This document shows, piece by piece, positions 1 to 15,501 of a DNA stretch of 64,000 bases; position 1 is the stretch's first letter; every line of letters begins with the position of its first letter. The position numbers were made by a program, and so were the translations under genes. Where the stretch lies: assembly GCF_009914755.1 (NCBI RefSeq), contig NC_060927.1, one strand, 5' to 3'. The notes under the pieces were generated by a model that saw only the letters and a program-made list of their open reading frames with translations, ran no database searches and was not told the DNA's origin. Source of the stretch: the human T2T-CHM13v2.0 reference genome, Homo sapiens.

Positions 1-38
1 CCTGGAAGACCCTTTCCTTTTGTCCCCATTTTAATGAC

Positions 39-900
<862 letters not shown>

Positions 901-1095
901 ATGACATAGAGCTTTGTCTTATATAATAAACATTAATTTTAGCCAACTTGCTGGACTTGAGAGAGTTGACATGTAACCATTGCTGACTGAAGCCCATGGC
1001 AGCCTGAATGCTTTGGTTGCCAGGGACTCATACTCCTGTCCTCTCTGCTTTGGTGGGCTGAGTTGTATGCTCCCAAACCTGCTGGTGCTAATTCT

Positions 1096-1395
1096 TTTTT
1101 TTTTTTTTTTTTTGGGACGGAGTCTTGCTCTGTCGCCCAGGCTAGAGTGCAGCGGCACAATCTCCGCTCACTGCAAGCTCCGCCTCCCGGGTTCATGCCA
1201 TTCTCCTGCCTCAGCCCCCCCGAGTAGCTGGGACTAGAGGCGCCCACCACCACGCCCAGCTAATTTTTTGTATTTTTAGTAGAGACGGGATTTCACCGTG
1301 TTAGCCAGGATGGTCTCCATCTCCTGACCTCGTGATCTGCCCGCCTCGGCTTCCCAAAGTGCTGGGATTACAGGCGTGAGCCACCGTGCCCGGCC
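1096..1395 (-). mobile_element. AluY-like SINE
   Basis: Poly-T then reverse Alu with GCAAGCTCCGCC, GCCATTCTCC and TTAGCCAGGATGG. Many CpGs retained. TSD CTAATTCT at 1088-1095 and 1397-1404. Confidence 0.9.
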
Positions 1396-1439
1396 ACTAA
1401 TTCTATTGCTTATTATAATTATCCGTTTATATGTATTTT

Positions 1440-1900
1440 GGTACTATGTCAACAGGGGACATAAGACAGTGAACATGAAGAGAGCTGATCTTTCTACAAG
1501 AGCTGAATGCTTTGGAAACACTGAACAGTAATCACTGAAAAATGCCATGGAATTAGGTGAGTGAGGCAACTAAAGAGCAGAGAAGAACTGTAAAGGTTTA
1601 GAAGGTTTTTGGAGTCACATTACTCTGCCAGCCACTCTCAATTCTTCCTTTATGTTAAAGACTTAAAAACTAAACTTTACACATAGTGCATGGGGAAGAT
1701 GGCTTACTCAAGACTGCTGCCAGGACAACCTCCCAGCAGTGCTGTGCCCAGAGAAAAAGTGCTGGCTCGAAAGCAGAAGAGTGAAAGCGTAGGACTTGGC
1801 TTTAAATTAAAATAAGGTATTTCAGGTGTTGTTTTTTTATCCTATCTGATGATTCCTTGCATTGACTGAATTTTTTTTTACTGACCTAGTGCATCCAGTT
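1440..1900 (+). mobile_element. Degenerate Tigger (TcMar) DNA transposon fragment
   Basis: Broken frames read ELNALETLN...KNAMELGE, resembling the CENP-B/Tigger N-terminal helix-turn-helix. Boundaries approximate. Confidence 0.45.
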
Positions 1901-3784
1901 CTATCAGATAAGAGAGCTTCTGTTACAACATTAGATAGGTGCCTGCACACTCATACACACAAGCATGCTGGGTGAAGCAGGCTACAAGCCTACTCATGAA
2001 ATATGAATGAATTTTTGTAAAAAGTGCATATTGCTAGAAAAAATTGGGAATACCAATAGTAGTTATATTTAAGTAGGGAGCTTATGTATATTTTCTATGA
2101 TACGAATATATTGCTTTTTAAATAAGGCAACAAAAGAAAGTCATCATCATCAACATCATAAAAGAATAATTGCTAGCTATCCTTCAAGGTCAGCTTGAAG
2201 CATCCAAAATTTCCTCCCTGAAGTTTTTCTCAATTCACATGAAGTTTCATAAATCACTTATTCCTTTATGCTCCTATAGCTTCTTATTTGTACTTAATTA
2301 GTTCTGATATTTAGCATGGCCAATTGTGTCTTTCCCTTTCATTTGAGAGCAGGGACCGTGACTTATAAATATTCATATTTCATAACACCACACACAGTTC
2401 CCACCATTTAGGAGGTAATTGTCAAAAGAGTGAATGAATGAATTGTGTTCTGGTGTAGTCACAAATATATCAGATAGGTTTTTATTTTTAAGGCTCTTTC
2501 TTCGTGTCTTTGGTAAGCACTTTAAAAAAATCATACTTTGGCCTATGTGATCCAGATCATGTGTTTTTACATCTTATATAATCTGAAAGCAAAGGCCATA
2601 CACCTAGCCCTCAAGCAGAGCCTTTCTGTACAAAATGAGAACAGCTTTCTGAAAAACAAACTTGGCGCCGGGTGTGTAGGCACCACACACATGTTGGCCA
2701 GGCCCTAGAAGAATCCGCATAGCAGAGTTCCCTGGACACTCCTGTCCTGTTCTGCATCTGGACTACCTGTGAGCAAGCTTCCTCATTGTGCAGGGGAGCA
2801 TTTGTGAAGTGTTTGCAAGTATTTTTCATCTCCTGCAAGCAGACTGGGCTATGTCCTGATTTTGTTAGTATGATTGCTGAAAATGGAGTGGTCTATTAAA
2901 AAGTAATGGTCACTGTCTGACGGATTTGCTTCTTGCAACATTAGTGTCATGGTGATGGATCAGGAGAATCTCCAAAGTGGAAAGCACGTTTCCACAAATA
3001 TTTTGTATAAACATAAATTCACTTGCCAACATGACTCATTTCCCTTTTATTTTTTAAGTATTATCCATAGTATTTGCCTTGCATCTTTTTCAGCACACGT
3101 GTCCCTCTCCGGAAGGCTCTGATAAGTGATTCTAGCAGGGCCAGAGGAAGATTGGTGTTGTCTTGTGCCCATATTTACAAAGTTTTCCCTCTGTTTCTGA
3201 GCTGCTTGCAGGAGGGGAGGAGAAGGCAAGAACCACAAGGCAGGACCAAGCAACCTCGCTGGGCTAGGAAAGCCCTGAGAGGAATCTCTTTTTACTAGAA
3301 AGGTGAATCTGCTTAGTGATTTGAAATCTCCCTGCCTTCATTTCATCTTTCACTGAAAAATTAAAGGACTGTTTTTTATGTTGCCTTTTGACATCTAGAA
3401 GAACAAAATCAAGAAATGCATGATTTCTCCCACTAAGGCTGGACTCAACAGCTGACATAGCTGAACTATGATGTGTTTCCAGGGATTGGGACTAAAACAC
3501 TCTTTCCATTAAGGTCATTCCATTAAGGGCTTTAGAAAAATGCATTTAGTTGGAGACAAGGCTTTCCCGCACAAGAGAGGAAATATATTAGGAAGCTTCC
3601 CCAATAGGCCAACAAACCCAATGGACCCAGAGACCTGAGAGACTGGGATACCATTGGGGAAGGACCAAAGCTAGTAAAAAGTATTAGTGACCCAAGCATT
3701 CTAATAGACAGAGGGGACACACACTCATGGCCCCTTTTCGATATTTCTGACTTCACTTATCTCTGGCTCTATGGATACCCATTT

Positions 3785-4015
3785 ATCTATTGGTTTTGCT
3801 GCCCAGGATTCATTCCCCCTTCTGCTGGTAGCTGCTTTTGATTTTCCATGGGGAAGGCTTTGTTCATGACTCTTAGATTTAAGTTGGATGAAGTTGACTT
3901 CGCCTCTGACCTTAGGAGTGGGAATGTGGCCCAAACCTGCCAATGAAAGCCTCACCCTTTCTAGACCCCACTGACCAGTACAGAAATGGGTCAGCAGCTG
4001 ACCCAGTTGGCAGAT
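3785..4015. mobile_element. Old ERVL/MaLR-type LTR fragment
   Basis: TTTTGCTGCCCAGGATTCATTCCCCCTTCTG...GATTTTCCATGGGGAAG...TGACCCAGTTGG resembles ancient ERVL LTR consensus motifs. Confidence 0.35.
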
Positions 4016-4634
4016 GCTCAATTATTGCATGTTGGATGATTTCAGAAATTTTCCTTCTATACATGAAGGACTTTCTTGGTTCCATCTTATAAAAATCTCC
4101 CTAGCAACATTCCTTCCATTAGGCTTAATATTTCTTTCTTTTATTATTGTTGTTCAACGTCAGATAATTTGCAATGCAGTCGAATTAACATACACACAAT
4201 ATTGTAGCAGCCTGGGGGGTTAAAGATAGTTAATCAGCTGGGAGAATAATTCATTGTCTAGCATAATACTCAGAGAAATGTGAAGGTGGGGTGCTTTTGG
4301 TTGAGCATTCTAAGTTAAATGAATCTTCTAACAAATGAGACCTGCAAACTGGAGTCCAATGGATTGCTTCAACCAGATCTGGTTAGCAGTAAATGTCATT
4401 AGCTTAAAATGTTTTCTCTTACCTCTGTTGTCTGTGATAAGATGAGCCTCCTAAAAGGCAAAGTGCTGTTCTTTCACATTTTAACTCCTCCTGGGGGTGT
4501 TAAAGCCAGCTGAAGTCAGGCTTCCTGCAAGCTACATTAAGCTTTTGTTCCTCCAGGCCAGAAGGGAAATTGTGATGTCTCTTCCAGGTTGAGAGGCTCC
4601 AAAGGGAAGGCGGCTTTCTAAAATCAGGGCCTGC

Positions 4635-4716
<82 letters not shown>

Positions 4717-4945
4717 CTCTTTCTTTCTTTCCTTTTTCTTTCTTTTTTCTTCCTTTCCTTTACCCTTTCATTCCTTCCTTCCTTCTTTCTCTCTCTCCTT
4801 CCTTCTTTCTCTTCCTTCCTTCTTTCTCTCTCTCTTTCCTTCCTTCCTTCTTTCTCTTCTTTCTTTCTTTCTTTCTTTCTTTCTCTTTCTTTCTTTCTTT
4901 TTCTTTCTCTCTCTCTCTTTCTTTCTTTCGTTTTTTGTTTCTTTC
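4635..4945 (+). repeat. (TTTC)n / CT-rich microsatellite expanded from an Alu tail
   Basis: Long perfect TTTC run that decays into TTCC/TC units and abuts a reverse Alu monomer. Confidence 0.95.
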
Positions 4946-5090
4946 AACGGGGTCACCCTCTGTCACCCAGGCTGGAGTGCAGTGGTATAATCATAGCTCG
5001 CTGCAGACTCAAATTCCTGGGTTCAAGTGATTCTCTTGCCTCAGCCTCCAGAGGAGGTGGGATTACAGGCATGAGCCACTGTACCTAGCT
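4946..5090 (-). mobile_element. FLAM/AluJ monomer
   Basis: CTCTGTCACCCAGGCTGGAGTGCAGTGG...GGGATTACAGGCATGAGCCACTG, about 145 bp. Confidence 0.8.
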
Positions 5091-5399
5091 CTTAAAATAT
5101 GCTAGTTTTATGGAATTTTTCTAATATTCCTACTTGCCCCGCCCCTCCACACTATAGTATTGATGTTCAAGATGGAGATTTGCAAGATTTTGATATTAAA
5201 AAATGAGTCTGATTTTCTTTTTTGAGATGATTATTTTTACAGTGAGTTCTCTGGCGGTGTTGTCAAATCATTCTTTAAATTTCCAGGAAACACTTTATGA
5301 AACAGTTAACCAAGTACAAGTCAATAACATTAAAAAGCAAAAGAAGAAGAAGAAAGAAAAAAGTAGTGGTGATGATGGAAACTATTCTAGATTTTAAAA

Positions 5400-5755
5400 A
5401 GACTAGATTTTAGAAATGAAATGGTCAGTCGGACTTTATATGGATCCTAGTTCAAACAAATAACTATAAAATACATTTTGGGCAGAAATGGGGGAAATTT
5501 GAATATGGTCTAAGAATTAGGTGATATTAAGAAATTGTTGTTAATTTTGTTAGGTGTAAAAATGATTTTGTGGCTATAAGATATCCTTATATTTTAGAAA
5601 TGCTTGCTAAAGTATTTAGGGATGAAATGTTATAATCTGTATTTTTTTTAAAGACTAAGCAAATATGACAAAATGTAAGTCTACATGATGGTTATACAGA
5701 GTTAAATAGACAATCTTCTATTTCTATGCACATTTGAAGATTTTATAATACAAAG
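5400..5755 (+). mobile_element. Old L1M (L1MC/ME-type) 3' UTR fragment
   Basis: GGATCCTAGTTCAAACAAA...GGAAATTTGAATATGG...ATATTAAGAAATTGTTGTTAATTTT motifs. Confidence 0.55.
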
Positions 5756-5814
5756 GCTTTTTGAGAAGGACATAGAAATTGCCAGTGGATTTCTTTACTA
5801 CGTCTGTTTACTTT

Positions 5815-5957
5815 TTGTTTTTTTTTTATTTTTTATTTTTTAGAGGCAGAGCCTTGCTATGTTGTCCAGGCTGAACTTGAACTCCTGGGCTCAAGCAATC
5901 CTCCTGCCTTAGCCACTGAAGTAACTGGGATTACAGGCATGCACCACCTCCCCAGCT
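5815..5957 (-). mobile_element. FLAM Alu monomer
   Basis: T-rich tail followed by TTGCTATGTTGTCCAGGCTG...AACTCCTGGGCTCAAGCAATCC. Confidence 0.8.
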
Positions 5958-6639
5958 TCTACATCTATTTTAAGGAACCAATATGGGCACAATGTCTGAT
6001 GAAAACTGTGGAAGAAAACTCCAAATATAAGTTAGGTAGATTTAAATGAGCTTTAAAAAATATTATCAGCTACTAGAATATAAAATGATGCAGCATTTAT
6101 ATGTAAAAAGTTCATGAAGCTTTCTTAATTCATTTATCCCCACCCATGTTCTGTGGGTGGGTATAAAAGAATAATAAAAGCATTGCCTGTTGAAGGAATA
6201 AAATTTTGACTCATAAATTGAATTTCATGAAAATTATTTAAAGTACTTCTAGATATAATAGTTTCGCCAGAAATAGTTCTCATTTGCATGATAGCATTTC
6301 CTATAAATGAGCAGAAGTTACGTGTCCATTGTAAAAAAAAATACAGATAATCCATTAGGAGAAAAAAAGGCCCATAATTCCACCCTGTTATTAATATGTT
6401 TGTATAGTTCTGTCCAGTACTTTCTTTGAGCATAGGTGTGCATCTCTCTTTTTTCCTCCTCTCTCCCTTCTTTCTTTGTTCCCTTTTTTCACACCACCAT
6501 TAAATGTGAAAATAAAACCAGAAATAGGAAAAAGTGGCTACACCTAAGAGTGAAATCCACTTGTGATGAAAGCACTCCACTCCCAGAGTAAAGCAGTCTT
6601 TACTTTGGTAATTTATGTTTTCTTTTAACAGTCCTATGA

Positions 6640-7570
6640 CTTTCATTTTTATTTTTTAATTTATGATTGACACATAATAATTGTACATATTTATGGGGTA
6701 CAATGTGATGTTTTGATACATGTATAATTGTGTAATGATGACAGTTTAACATCTGTTGTCTTAAACATGTATTATTTCTTTGTGATAAGAACATTCAAAA
6801 ACCTCTTTTCTAGCTATTTTGAAATGCACAATACAATGTTGTTAACTCTAGTGATCTTTCTATGCAACAGACCACCAGAACTTATTCCTCCTATGTAGCT
6901 ATAGCTTTGTACCCACTGACCAATCTCTCACCTTCCCCGGCTTCTCCCCATCCCCCCATCCTCTGCTAACCACTATTCTGCTTTCCACTTCTATAAGAAC
7001 AACTTTTTAGACTCCACGTATAAGTGAGACCTTGTGGGACTTATTTTTCTATGCCTAGCTTATTTAGTTTAAAAATGTTTTCCAGGTTCATCCATGTTGC
7101 CACAAATGACAGGATTTCATTTTGTTATTATAGCTGAATAGTATTCCATTGTGTGTGTGTGTGTGTGTAAACTATAATATGTATATAAACGTACCATAGT
7201 TTCTTTATCTATGCTTCTGTTGATGGACATTTAAGTAGATTCCATATATCAGCTAGTGTGAATAGTGCTGCAATGAACAAAGGAGTTCAGATACCTGTTC
7301 AATATACTGATTACATTTCTTTTGGATGTATACCCTGTAGTGGGATTGCTGGATCATATGGTAGTTCTATTTTTAATTTTTTTTTTTCTTAGAGATATAG
7401 TCCTACTCTGTCACCCAGGCTGGAGTGCAGTGGCTATTCACAGGCACTAGCTGTCCTAGGCTCAAGCTGTCCTCCTGCCTCAGCCGGCTGAGTAGCTAGA
7501 ATTACAGGCCCATGCCACTGTGCCCTGCTGTTATTTTTAATTTTTTGAGGAACTGCCATACTGCTTTCTT
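6640..7570 (-). mobile_element. L1MA-type 3' end, with an Alu monomer at ~7380-7530 and (TG)n at ~7150-7168
   Basis: TTTATGGGGTACAATGTGATGTTTTGATACATG, TCCAGGTTCATCCATGTTG and GGGATTGCTGGATCATATGGTAGTTCTAT are reverse L1 3' motifs. Confidence 0.8.
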
Positions 7571-9558
7571 CCTAATTTGTTGAGAGTTTTTATTATGAAG
7601 GGATGTTGAATTTATGGTATTTTAAATATATATTTTTAAGATCTCTTATATATGAGGGTCATTAGCCCTTTGAGAGCTGAGTTGCAAATATATTCCCCAG
7701 TCTGCCAGTTACTATTTTAAGTGTTTTACAACTTTATTATTGCACGTGGTCACATTTATGAAGGCTTCATATAATTACAGATAGTTATAATAAGACAATT
7801 ATCACAATGCAAAGGAATCGATCAGCACCTCTTGAAAATGATATTATTATTGCTGGGCACAAATATATAGAGATAAATCTAATCATAACTTTAAAAAATC
7901 AAGGCATAATTTTCACATAATAAAATGCACATGTCTAAAGTATTCAGTTTTTACAATTTTGGCAGGGGTATTCACTTGTGCAAAAACCACCTAAACCAAA
8001 ATTTGGAACATTTGTATAACCCCAGAAAGTGCCCTTTCTAGTCAGTTACCCAATGCCTCTCAACTGGGCAAGCATTTTCTAATTTGCCACCATTAGTTTT
8101 TGTTTGTTTCTGGACTTCACATATTTTAGAATCATTATAGTATATACTGTTTTGTACCCTGCTTCTTTCATTCAAGCATAATGTTTTTGAGATTCATTCA
8201 TGTTGTTTGTTGGATTCATTCATGTGTTAACAGTTCATTTTCAGTGCTGAATAGTATTCTATTACATGAATATACCACTATATGTTTATCCAAAGACTTG
8301 TTAATGGACAGTTGGATTGTCTTCAGTTAGGGACTAGGAGCATTTGTGTATAACTTGTAGGCATGTGTTTTCATTTTTCCTGAGTAAATACCTAGGAATT
8401 TCTGGATTATAGGGTAGGTATATGAGTATAAGAAATTGCTCTAGTGTTCCTCAAGATGGTTGTACTCTTTTACACTCCCATTGGTGGTACATGAGAGTTC
8501 TAATTGCTCCACATCCTCACAACACTTGGTATTGTCCAGCTTTTTAATTTTAACTATTCTAGGGGTGTGTAGTGATAACTCATTGTGGATTTAAATTCAT
8601 ATTTTCCTCTTAAGTAATGATGATGAGAATCATTTCATGCACTTTTGTTTTTTTGCCATAGATTTTCATTTGTGAAGTGTTTGTTCAATCTTTTGTCCAT
8701 TTGTAAATCGTGTATTTTCTTACTATTGAGTTGTAGGAGTTCTTAATATGTTCTAGATACAAGTCTTTTATTAAATATTGTTTTATTTTTATTTTCTTAC
8801 AGTGTTTTTCAAAGAACAGATGTTTTTAATTTTGATAAAGTGCAAATTATCAGTATCTTTTTTTTGGTTAGTGTTTATCATATCTAGTCTGAGAAATCTT
8901 TGCCTATACTAGGGTGATGAAGATATTTCTCTCATGTTTTCTTCTAAAAGTTTTATAGCTTCAGCTTTTAAGCTAATATCTATAATCCATTTCATTTACT
9001 TTCTGTGGACAGTCTCATGCAAGGGTTGAGGTTCATTTTTTTTTATACAGATATACAATTGTACAAAGATTATTCTTTCTTCGTTGAATTACCTTGGACT
9101 CTTTGTTCAAAATCAATTGACCAGGTAAGTATGGGTCTGTTTCTGGGATCTCCATTCATTTTATTTATCTTTATGTCTATGCCTAAATCAATACATTATC
9201 TTGATGATTGTAGCATTATAATATGTTTTAGAGTTGAATCATGTGTCTTCCAACTTTGTTCTTTTTCAAGATCATTTTGTCTACTCTAGGTTCTTTATAT
9301 TTCCCTATGCATTTTAGAATCACCTTGTCAACTTACACAAAAATGACTCCTGGGATTTTGCTTGGGCTTATGTTGAATTAAATTGGGAAAATGGACATCT
9401 TAACAATATTGATGATATATCTCTATTTATTAGGACTTACTTAATTTATCCCAAGAATGTTTTGTTGTTTTCAGTATAAAAGTTTTGTACATCTTAGATT
9501 TATTCCTACCTGTTTGGTGTCTGTTGCTAATATTACGCTATTTTTAAATTTCACTTTT

Positions 9559-10245
<687 letters not shown>

Positions 10246-11145
10246 CTTTGTTTGTTACAAATATATAGAAGTTCAGTTGCTTTTTATATATTGACTTTGT
10301 ATCTGTGACCTCGCTAAGTTCACTTATTAGTTCTAGTAGATTTTTTAAAATATACATTTTTTTTGTAGATTCTGCAGAGTTTTTCTATGTACACAATCAT
10401 GTCATCATGATTTTCTATGTACATAATCATGTCAGCAAATAATGAAAATTATATTTCTTCCTTTCCAATCTTTTCCTTGCCATATTGAACTAGTTAAGAT
10501 TTCCAGTCCAGAGTTAAATACAAGTGGGCATATTGCCTTATTCCCAGTTGTAGGGGGAAATTATTCAGTGTTTCACCATTAATATGATGCTATCTGTAGG
10601 TGCTTTTGGCAGATGATCTTTATCAAACTGAGGAAGTTCGCTTCTATTCCTAGTTTTAAGCTATTTTTAAAAATCTTAAATTTGCATTGAATTTTTCGAT
10701 TTTATTTTGCATATATTAAGAGGAGTGCACTTTTTTTTCCCTCTCTCCTTTATTCTGTTAATGTGGTGAATTACATTGATTTTTCACAGGATGAAACAAT
10801 TTATGTTTCTATTATTTTTCAAAAGATAAAATCACTCTTGATCATATTACCATTTTTTATATATTGCTGATTCAACTTGCTAATATTTTGTTCAGGGTTT
10901 TTGCATTTGTGTTCATAAGGGATATTTATCTGTAATTTTTTTTATTTTAATGATCTTGTCAGGTTTTTGTATCAGAGTTATGCTGGTCTCATCAAATGAG
11001 GCTGGAATTGTTTCTTCCTCCTCTATTTTCTTAAAGTGTTTGTGTCTATAATTATTTATTTCTTGAATCTTTATAGCATTTACTGCGAAGCTACATGAAC
11101 CTAGAGGTTTTTATTTGTTTTATTAAAATTTAATGTATTTTATAG

Positions 11146-11910
<765 letters not shown>

Positions 11911-12039
11911 AATTACCATTCTTTTAATGTCTATAGGCTTCATAGGGATTTCTCTCAGCTCTCTCAGAACTTCTACCCTACCTTTAGACTTAGGAGAGTA
12001 GCTAAAGTTTTCATGATGAAGGCCTGGAGTCCTTTAAAG

Positions 12040-12382
12040 TAGGGGTCTCCAACCCCCAGGCCATGGACTAGTCCCAGTCCATGGCCTGTTAGGAACCAGG
12101 CCACACAGCAGGAGGTGAGTGGCAGGCGAGAGAGTATTACCGCCTGAGCTCCACCTCCTGTCAGATCGGCGGTGGCGTTAGATTCTCGTAGGAGTGTGAG
12201 GCCTATTGTGAACTGCACATGCGAGGGATCTAGGTTATGTGCTCCTTATGAAAATCGAACTAATGCCTGATGATCTGAGGTGGAAAAGATTCATCCCAAA
12301 ACCACTCCACCACCCACAGGTCCGTGAAAAAATTGTCTTCCGTGAAACCGGTCCCTGGTGCCAAAAATGTTGGGGGCCGCTG
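12040..12382 (+). mobile_element. MER1B-like hAT-Charlie non-autonomous DNA transposon
   Basis: Terminal inverted repeats TAGGGGTCTCCAAC...GTTGGGGGCCGCTG. Exact 8-bp TSD CTTTAAAG at 12032-12039 and 12383-12390. Length 343 bp. Confidence 0.9.
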
Positions 12383-12709
12383 CTTTAAAGGTATTTCTCA
12401 GAGTTATCTGCCCTGACACCAGCCTTTGGTGGACTGCTGCCTTGTAGTTGGGGAAAGTCTCTGCTTTGCACATAGAGGAAGACCCTGTTTGCAATAGAGG
12501 GATGTTTGTCAACAACTTTGCCTTATCCCCAGCCTTTAGCATACCACTGCCATGTGTTCAGTGCAGACTGTGGGAGACAGTCAGCAGGTGAGCGGAGACT
12601 TGCTCTATTGCTCTATGAATGGGTGTACTCAGAATTCTAATCTATCATGCCGGTTCTCATGCAGCCATCAAAAGTTCAGGTAGTTTCTTTTTATCTCTAT
12701 CTATGATGA

Positions 12710-13082
<373 letters not shown>

Positions 13083-13690
13083 GTTTCCATTTTTACAGTG
13101 ACAGTGATAGTCTTTTGAAATAATAACTGGAAGTCTGTTGTCATTTGACTTTGCTTAAAATATTTTTCATTAACCGTACTCTATGTGATTTAAACTTCTC
13201 TATGTCATTTAACTTTTTTATGACTTCTAGATTTGAGGTCACAGTTAGGTAGGTGTTTCTCATTCCAAGTTTTAAAAGAAATTCTCTCATGTTTTCTTTT
13301 AGTGTATTTTTGGTATGTGTATTAGGGAAGGGGAATTGTTTCTTTATATTTAAATCTTATATCCAAATGAAATTTACCCTGATGTGGGTGTGGTATAAAC
13401 CCAAATTTAACTTTTCCAAATAGATATCTAATTGTCTCAACACCAAGTACAGTTCTTTTCCATTTTCATTGAGATCCTCCTTTAATCATATATTAAAGGC
13501 CTGTATAGTATTTATTGGGTTTATTTCAGGATTTTCTGTGCTGCTTCTGGTTGTCTGTTTGTTTTTGTTTTTTGGTCCAATTATTTGTTCATGATCCAGT
13601 ATCACATGGTTAAATTATTGAGGCTTTATATTTTAATATTTGTTAGGTGTGCTGTCAAGTCAAATCCATAGCTGTAGTCACCCTAAAAGC

Positions 13691-14175
13691 TGTAGCAGGG
13701 GAATTTCTACAAGGGACTGCCTGAGATGGGGCCAGTTGGGATTTCAAAGAAAGAAGGACGGAATACTAGGATGATCAGTGCAGAGCGTTCATTAGGGGAG
13801 CTTCCATATAGAGGAGTCTGCTGCAAATCCTCGAGTCAGACAGTGAGACAAGGGATGTTCTACCTAGGTACATATGCCTTGAGGGGGTCAGGTTTGGGGT
13901 TTTATATGAGCGTTTAAGGAATTTGGTTCAGGACTGAGGCTAATTTCTACATGTTTAGCAAAAGAGTTACATTCTCAATGTTTTTGAGCAACAACCTAAG
14001 CAGCTTTATCAGTGCCTGAGAATGTTCAAGGCACCTGGTTGGGCTCAAGCCTGCAGGGAACATGCAGCTGGCTAGGTCACAGAGTGGTCAAGGCACTCTG
14101 TTTCTAGATCAGGACACAGAAGGAAAGTGAATGTGTGCTGTGGGGAGTTGCGTGGGGTTCACTGGGGAACCTATA
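13691..14175 (-). mobile_element. Probable ERV solo LTR, family unassigned
   Basis: GC-richer block inside AT-rich L1. Minus-strand TATA-like CATATAAAA near 13900-13908. Boundaries approximate; no TSD found. Confidence 0.4.
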
Positions 14176-14950
14176 GTAGGCTTAGTCTTCCACTGTTATA
14201 TTTCTTTTTCAGGATTTCCCCAAGTATGTTAGTTGTTTTTTCCATGTGAACTTTAGAGTCGTGTGTTCTAAAGCACAGTTATTGATAATTTTTATTAAAC
14301 CATATTAAATGTTTAAATTAATTTGGAGATCACTGATATTATATATATATTTTCTAAGATAATGATATCTTTCATTCAGGGCATCTTTTCTGTCTTTTAA
14401 AGGTGTTTAAAATTTTTCTTACACATTTCTTTTAAGTTTGCCTCTAGGCATTTTGTCTTTCTTGTTACTAGTACAGTATATAAGGTATTTTTTTCCATTA
14501 CATCTTCTAACTAGTTGTGGTATATATATGTATACATGAAAGCTATTAACTTCTACATACTCAGTTAGCACCACGGTATTTTTTAAAATTCTCACACTGG
14601 TTTTTCAGTTGATTCATTTTGATTTTCTAGGTACACAGTTAGACCATCTTCAAATAATGATAGTTTTATCTCCTCTTTCCAATTTTATGACTTTAGTTTT
14701 CTTTATTTTTTCCTGCTATCAAATTACATTGACTAGTACATTAAGTAGGTACATCAAGTAAGCATGTTATTTTATGTTAAATGATGAAGAGCTAGTTGGC
14801 ATCCTTATCTTGCACTAGTTTTGATCAGAATGCTTCTGGGGTTTCCTCATTAAGCATTTCAAGCTGAGATACATTCATGCTATTATGTTAAGGAAGTATT
14901 TTTTTGAATCCTATATGATCATGTATTTTTTTGAATCAAGAATAGTTGCT

Positions 14951-15501
14951 CCCTGGTTGAAGGGAATATGACACACTTTAAGGGACTAATGAGAATCCAA
15001 GATCTCCTTGCTGGGTCACAAATCATAATTGAGAGTTATGCCTTGGGAAGGTAATATAGATTACTTTCCTTATAACTATGATTTTACATTTGTTGAAGCT
15101 TATTTAATCTTTAACTGCCCGTCCACTTAGGCTCGTAAGACCTTTCCGTTTTATTATAATAATTATTATTTTAAAATTTAAACATCATACTGTTTATTTT
15201 CATAACATAATAAGTCGCATTGTTTAATTTAAATGTATTATAGTCTATTAAGATATAACGAGAAAATCGTGGTGGTTAATAAAGAAGATGTGATAAATGT
15301 TGTCATTCAGTGTGCCATTTAAGATTAATGTGCATCATCATATGAATTATAGATATGCAATTTCAATGTATAATTTCGGTCGTGTTGTGTATTCTAGGTT
15401 GTAATCATCACATAACTCAGTGTATGTATATATATTTATAAATATATATGCAAAAATATAAACTTGCAAAAGCAAAAACCAAACAATAACAAAAATTTAA
15501 A
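14951..15501 (+). other. Unassigned TSD-flanked retroposed insert (possible 5'-truncated retrocopy)
   Basis: Exact 13-bp TSD AAGAATAGTTGCT at 14938-14950 and 15502-15514. A-rich 3' end at 15451-15501. Body not recognisable as Alu, L1 or LTR. Confidence 0.7.

Noticed and set aside
14560-14580. REST/RE1-like AGCACCACGG (another partial match near 60965-60985)
   Set aside because: Only half of the 21-bp RE1 consensus matches.
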